NCBI GenBank assembly: GCA_963821525.1
Contig: CAWGED010000005.1
Location: 224,001 to 288,000, forward strand
Length of the DNA stretch: 64,000 bases
DNA from: an uncultured Gemmatimonadales bacterium
GTDB taxonomy: Bacteria; Gemmatimonadota; Gemmatimonadetes; Gemmatimonadales; GWC2-71-9
Direction of reading: 5' to 3'
The notes under the pieces were generated by a model, which did not search any database, was not told the origin of the DNA, and saw only the letters and a program-made list of their open reading frames with translations. The position numbers and the translations under genes were made by a program. Shown in pieces: positions 62,315 to 64,000 of the stretch (position 1 is the stretch's first letter; the number at the start of each line of letters is the position of its first letter).

Positions 62315-63757
62315 ACTTCAATCATCACCCGAACCCCGGCTTCCTGGCTCACCCTGTCGCTGCTCGCGGGCGTGGGGTCTCATCTCGTGTTCCACGAGGC
62401 TGACGTTGGGCTGAACGTGCTCATCTGGGCGGCACTGCTCGAGCTGTGCTGGCTTGGGCTCCGCCCCGATCAGCGGCCCACTCGACAGCAACGGTTGCTG
62501 CTTGGCCTGGCGCTCTGCTTCGCGGCTGGATTCGCCTGGCGGACGTCGCCGTTCCTGCGTCTGGCCGATGCCATTGGCCTCGTCACCTGTGCCGTGCTCA
62601 TGCCGCTGGTTCGGGAAGAGTCCCTTCTGACCCTGAGACTTCACCGATTCCTGGGCGGCGTGCGTAACCTGTTCGCCCGGGTCGGGGCAGGGCTGATCCC
62701 CGCAGCCTTTGACGCGCAGGAGGAGGCCAGGGATCGGGGAGCACCCAGCGTTCTGCTCCCTGCCGCGCGTGGGATGGTGCTCGCGGTGCCGGCTGTCGTG
62801 GTATTCGGGTCCTTGCTGGCTTCGGCCGATGCGGACTTCGAGAGACTGGTCAACAGCCTGGTGAGGTTCGATCCCGAATGGCTCCTCACCACGAGCCTGA
62901 GCATCATGTTTTTCTCCTGGTTAGCCGCCGGTGTGCTCAGCCGGAGGACTGGCGCAAACGTCTCCCTGCCTTGGGGACCGGGTGGCCTCGGGGCGATCGA
63001 GGTAAGCATCGTCCTGGGTGTGGTTGACGTGATGTTTCTGACCTTCGTCGTCCTGCAGGGGCGGTACTTCTTCGGCGGGGAGGCGCTGGTCCGTCAGGAT
63101 CCCGGGCTCAGCTTCTCGGAGTACGCGCGCCGAGGGTTCTTCGAGCTGGTAGCCGTCTCGGCACTGGTGTTGCCGCTGGCGCTTGTCATCAAGGGCCGGC
63201 TTCGGCCTGATGACAGCCGTGCCTTGCGCAGCTATCGCATTGCGGCTGGAGTTCTCACCGCGCTCACTCTGGTCATCGTGGCCTCCGCTTTCCATCGAAT
63301 GGCGATCTATCAACGCCAGTTCGGCCTCACCGAGCAGCGCTTCTACGCCAGCGCCTTCATCGGCGGGATCGCCTATACCCTCGTCTGGTTCGCTTCGACG
63401 GTTCTTGCTGGACGCGACCGTCGTTTCCTTGGCGGTACCCTGGTGGCATGGACCGCCTGGGTCGCGATGCTGCATCTCACCAATCCCGCCGCTGTCATTG
63501 CCCGGGTGAATATCCAGCGGGCGACGGAGGGGCGTGAGTTCGACGCGGCATACATCGCCTCCCTCGGGGCCGACGCGGTCCCCACACTGATAGCGGGCCT
63601 CGACCGGCTATCGCCGAGTCATCGAGCAGCTCTCCTGGGCAAGCTCAACTGGGAACGGATCGCCCCCAGCGAGCACGACTGGCGCTCCTGGTCGCTTGCC
63701 GAGGCGAAGGCTCGCACGCTTGCCAGTCAGGTAGCGCTTTCAGAAACGAACCACTGA
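62306..63757 (+). CDS. DUF4153/DUF4173-like membrane protein
   Basis: LLASADADF; SEYARRGFFEL; RM.IY...FGLT..R; YIASLGADAVP. Confidence 0.82.
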   Translation: MQSTSIITRTPASWLTLSLLAGVGSHLVFHEADVGLNVLIWAALLELCWLGLRPDQRPTRQQRLLLGLALCFAAGFAWRTSPFLRLADAIGLVTCAVLMPLVREESLLTLRLHRFLGGVRNLFARVGAGLIPAAFDAQEEARDRGAPSVLLPAARGMVLAVPAVVVFGSLLASADADFERLVNSLVRFDPEWLLTTSLSIMFFSWLAAGVLSRRTGANVSLPWGPGGLGAIEVSIVLGVVDVMFLTFVVLQGRYFFGGEALVRQDPGLSFSEYARRGFFELVAVSALVLPLALVIKGRLRPDDSRALRSYRIAAGVLTALTLVIVASAFHRMAIYQRQFGLTEQRFYASAFIGGIAYTLVWFASTVLAGRDRRFLGGTLVAWTAWVAMLHLTNPAAVIARVNIQRATEGREFDAAYIASLGADAVPTLIAGLDRLSPSHRAALLGKLNWERIAPSEHDWRSWSLAEAKARTLASQVALSETNH

Positions 63758-63770
63758 GATACGACGGACT

Positions 63771-64000
63771 ATGTCAAACTCCATCATCATCCTTCAAGTG
63801 CTGGGTTTTCTGGGAACCGGGGCGCTAATCGTGGCGGGTCTCGCCGGCACTATGTGGACGGCTTCCCGGGGCTGGGCGGGGTTGAGTCGTAACCTGGCCT
63901 TCGGCACCTTCGGTCTTGTGGCCCTGTATATCGCGGTGCTAGTGGGCGGGGGAATGTTCAGTCGAGGCCGGATCCTTCCAGTAAACGCCGAGAAGTACTT
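63771..64000 (+). CDS. Membrane protein, 5' partial
   Basis: Read manually: MSNSIIILQVLGFLGTGAL...; two TM helices; open to the window end. Confidence 0.6.
   Translation, partial: MSNSIIILQVLGFLGTGALIVAGLAGTMWTASRGWAGLSRNLAFGTFGLVALYIAVLVGGGMFSRGRILPVNAEKY

Noticed and set aside
1..64000. rRNA, tRNA, transposase, integrase or prophage genes
   Set aside because: None recognised by eye; a covariance-model scan would be needed to exclude small RNAs.

Overview
GC-rich bacterial chromosomal segment. The gene content resembles Gemmatimonadota/Acidobacteria (inference). In order it holds: the lipA-pdhABC operon; a minus-strand module with a porin, a sulfocyanin-like cupredoxin, a PQQ alcohol-dehydrogenase-type enzyme carrying the extra Asp seen in lanthanide enzymes, and an OFA-family MFS transporter with a small partner, plus a second divergent cupredoxin; a DUF4331/TPR/HupE-UreJ/ECF-sigma/anti-sigma cluster with two matching ECF promoters; thiO; a glycosyltransferase/hybrid-kinase run; a POT peptide transporter; cydAB downstream of a TonB-dependent receptor; an export operon of about 19 kb (adaptor, 2 ABC ATPases, 5 tandem permeases, sigma54 regulator, kinase); a large Ig-like repeat surface protein; and a wHTH-regulated membrane-protein operon with two operator palindromes. 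The most striking unexplained structure is a family of 7-nt tandem-repeat arrays, usually arranged as inverted pairs, at about 15 gene junctions. One pair encloses an antisense four-helix-bundle (IVS-protein-like) gene. Many genes, including housekeeping pdhA, are broken by apparent small indels, most likely sequencing errors. Product calls come from motif recognition by eye, not database searches.
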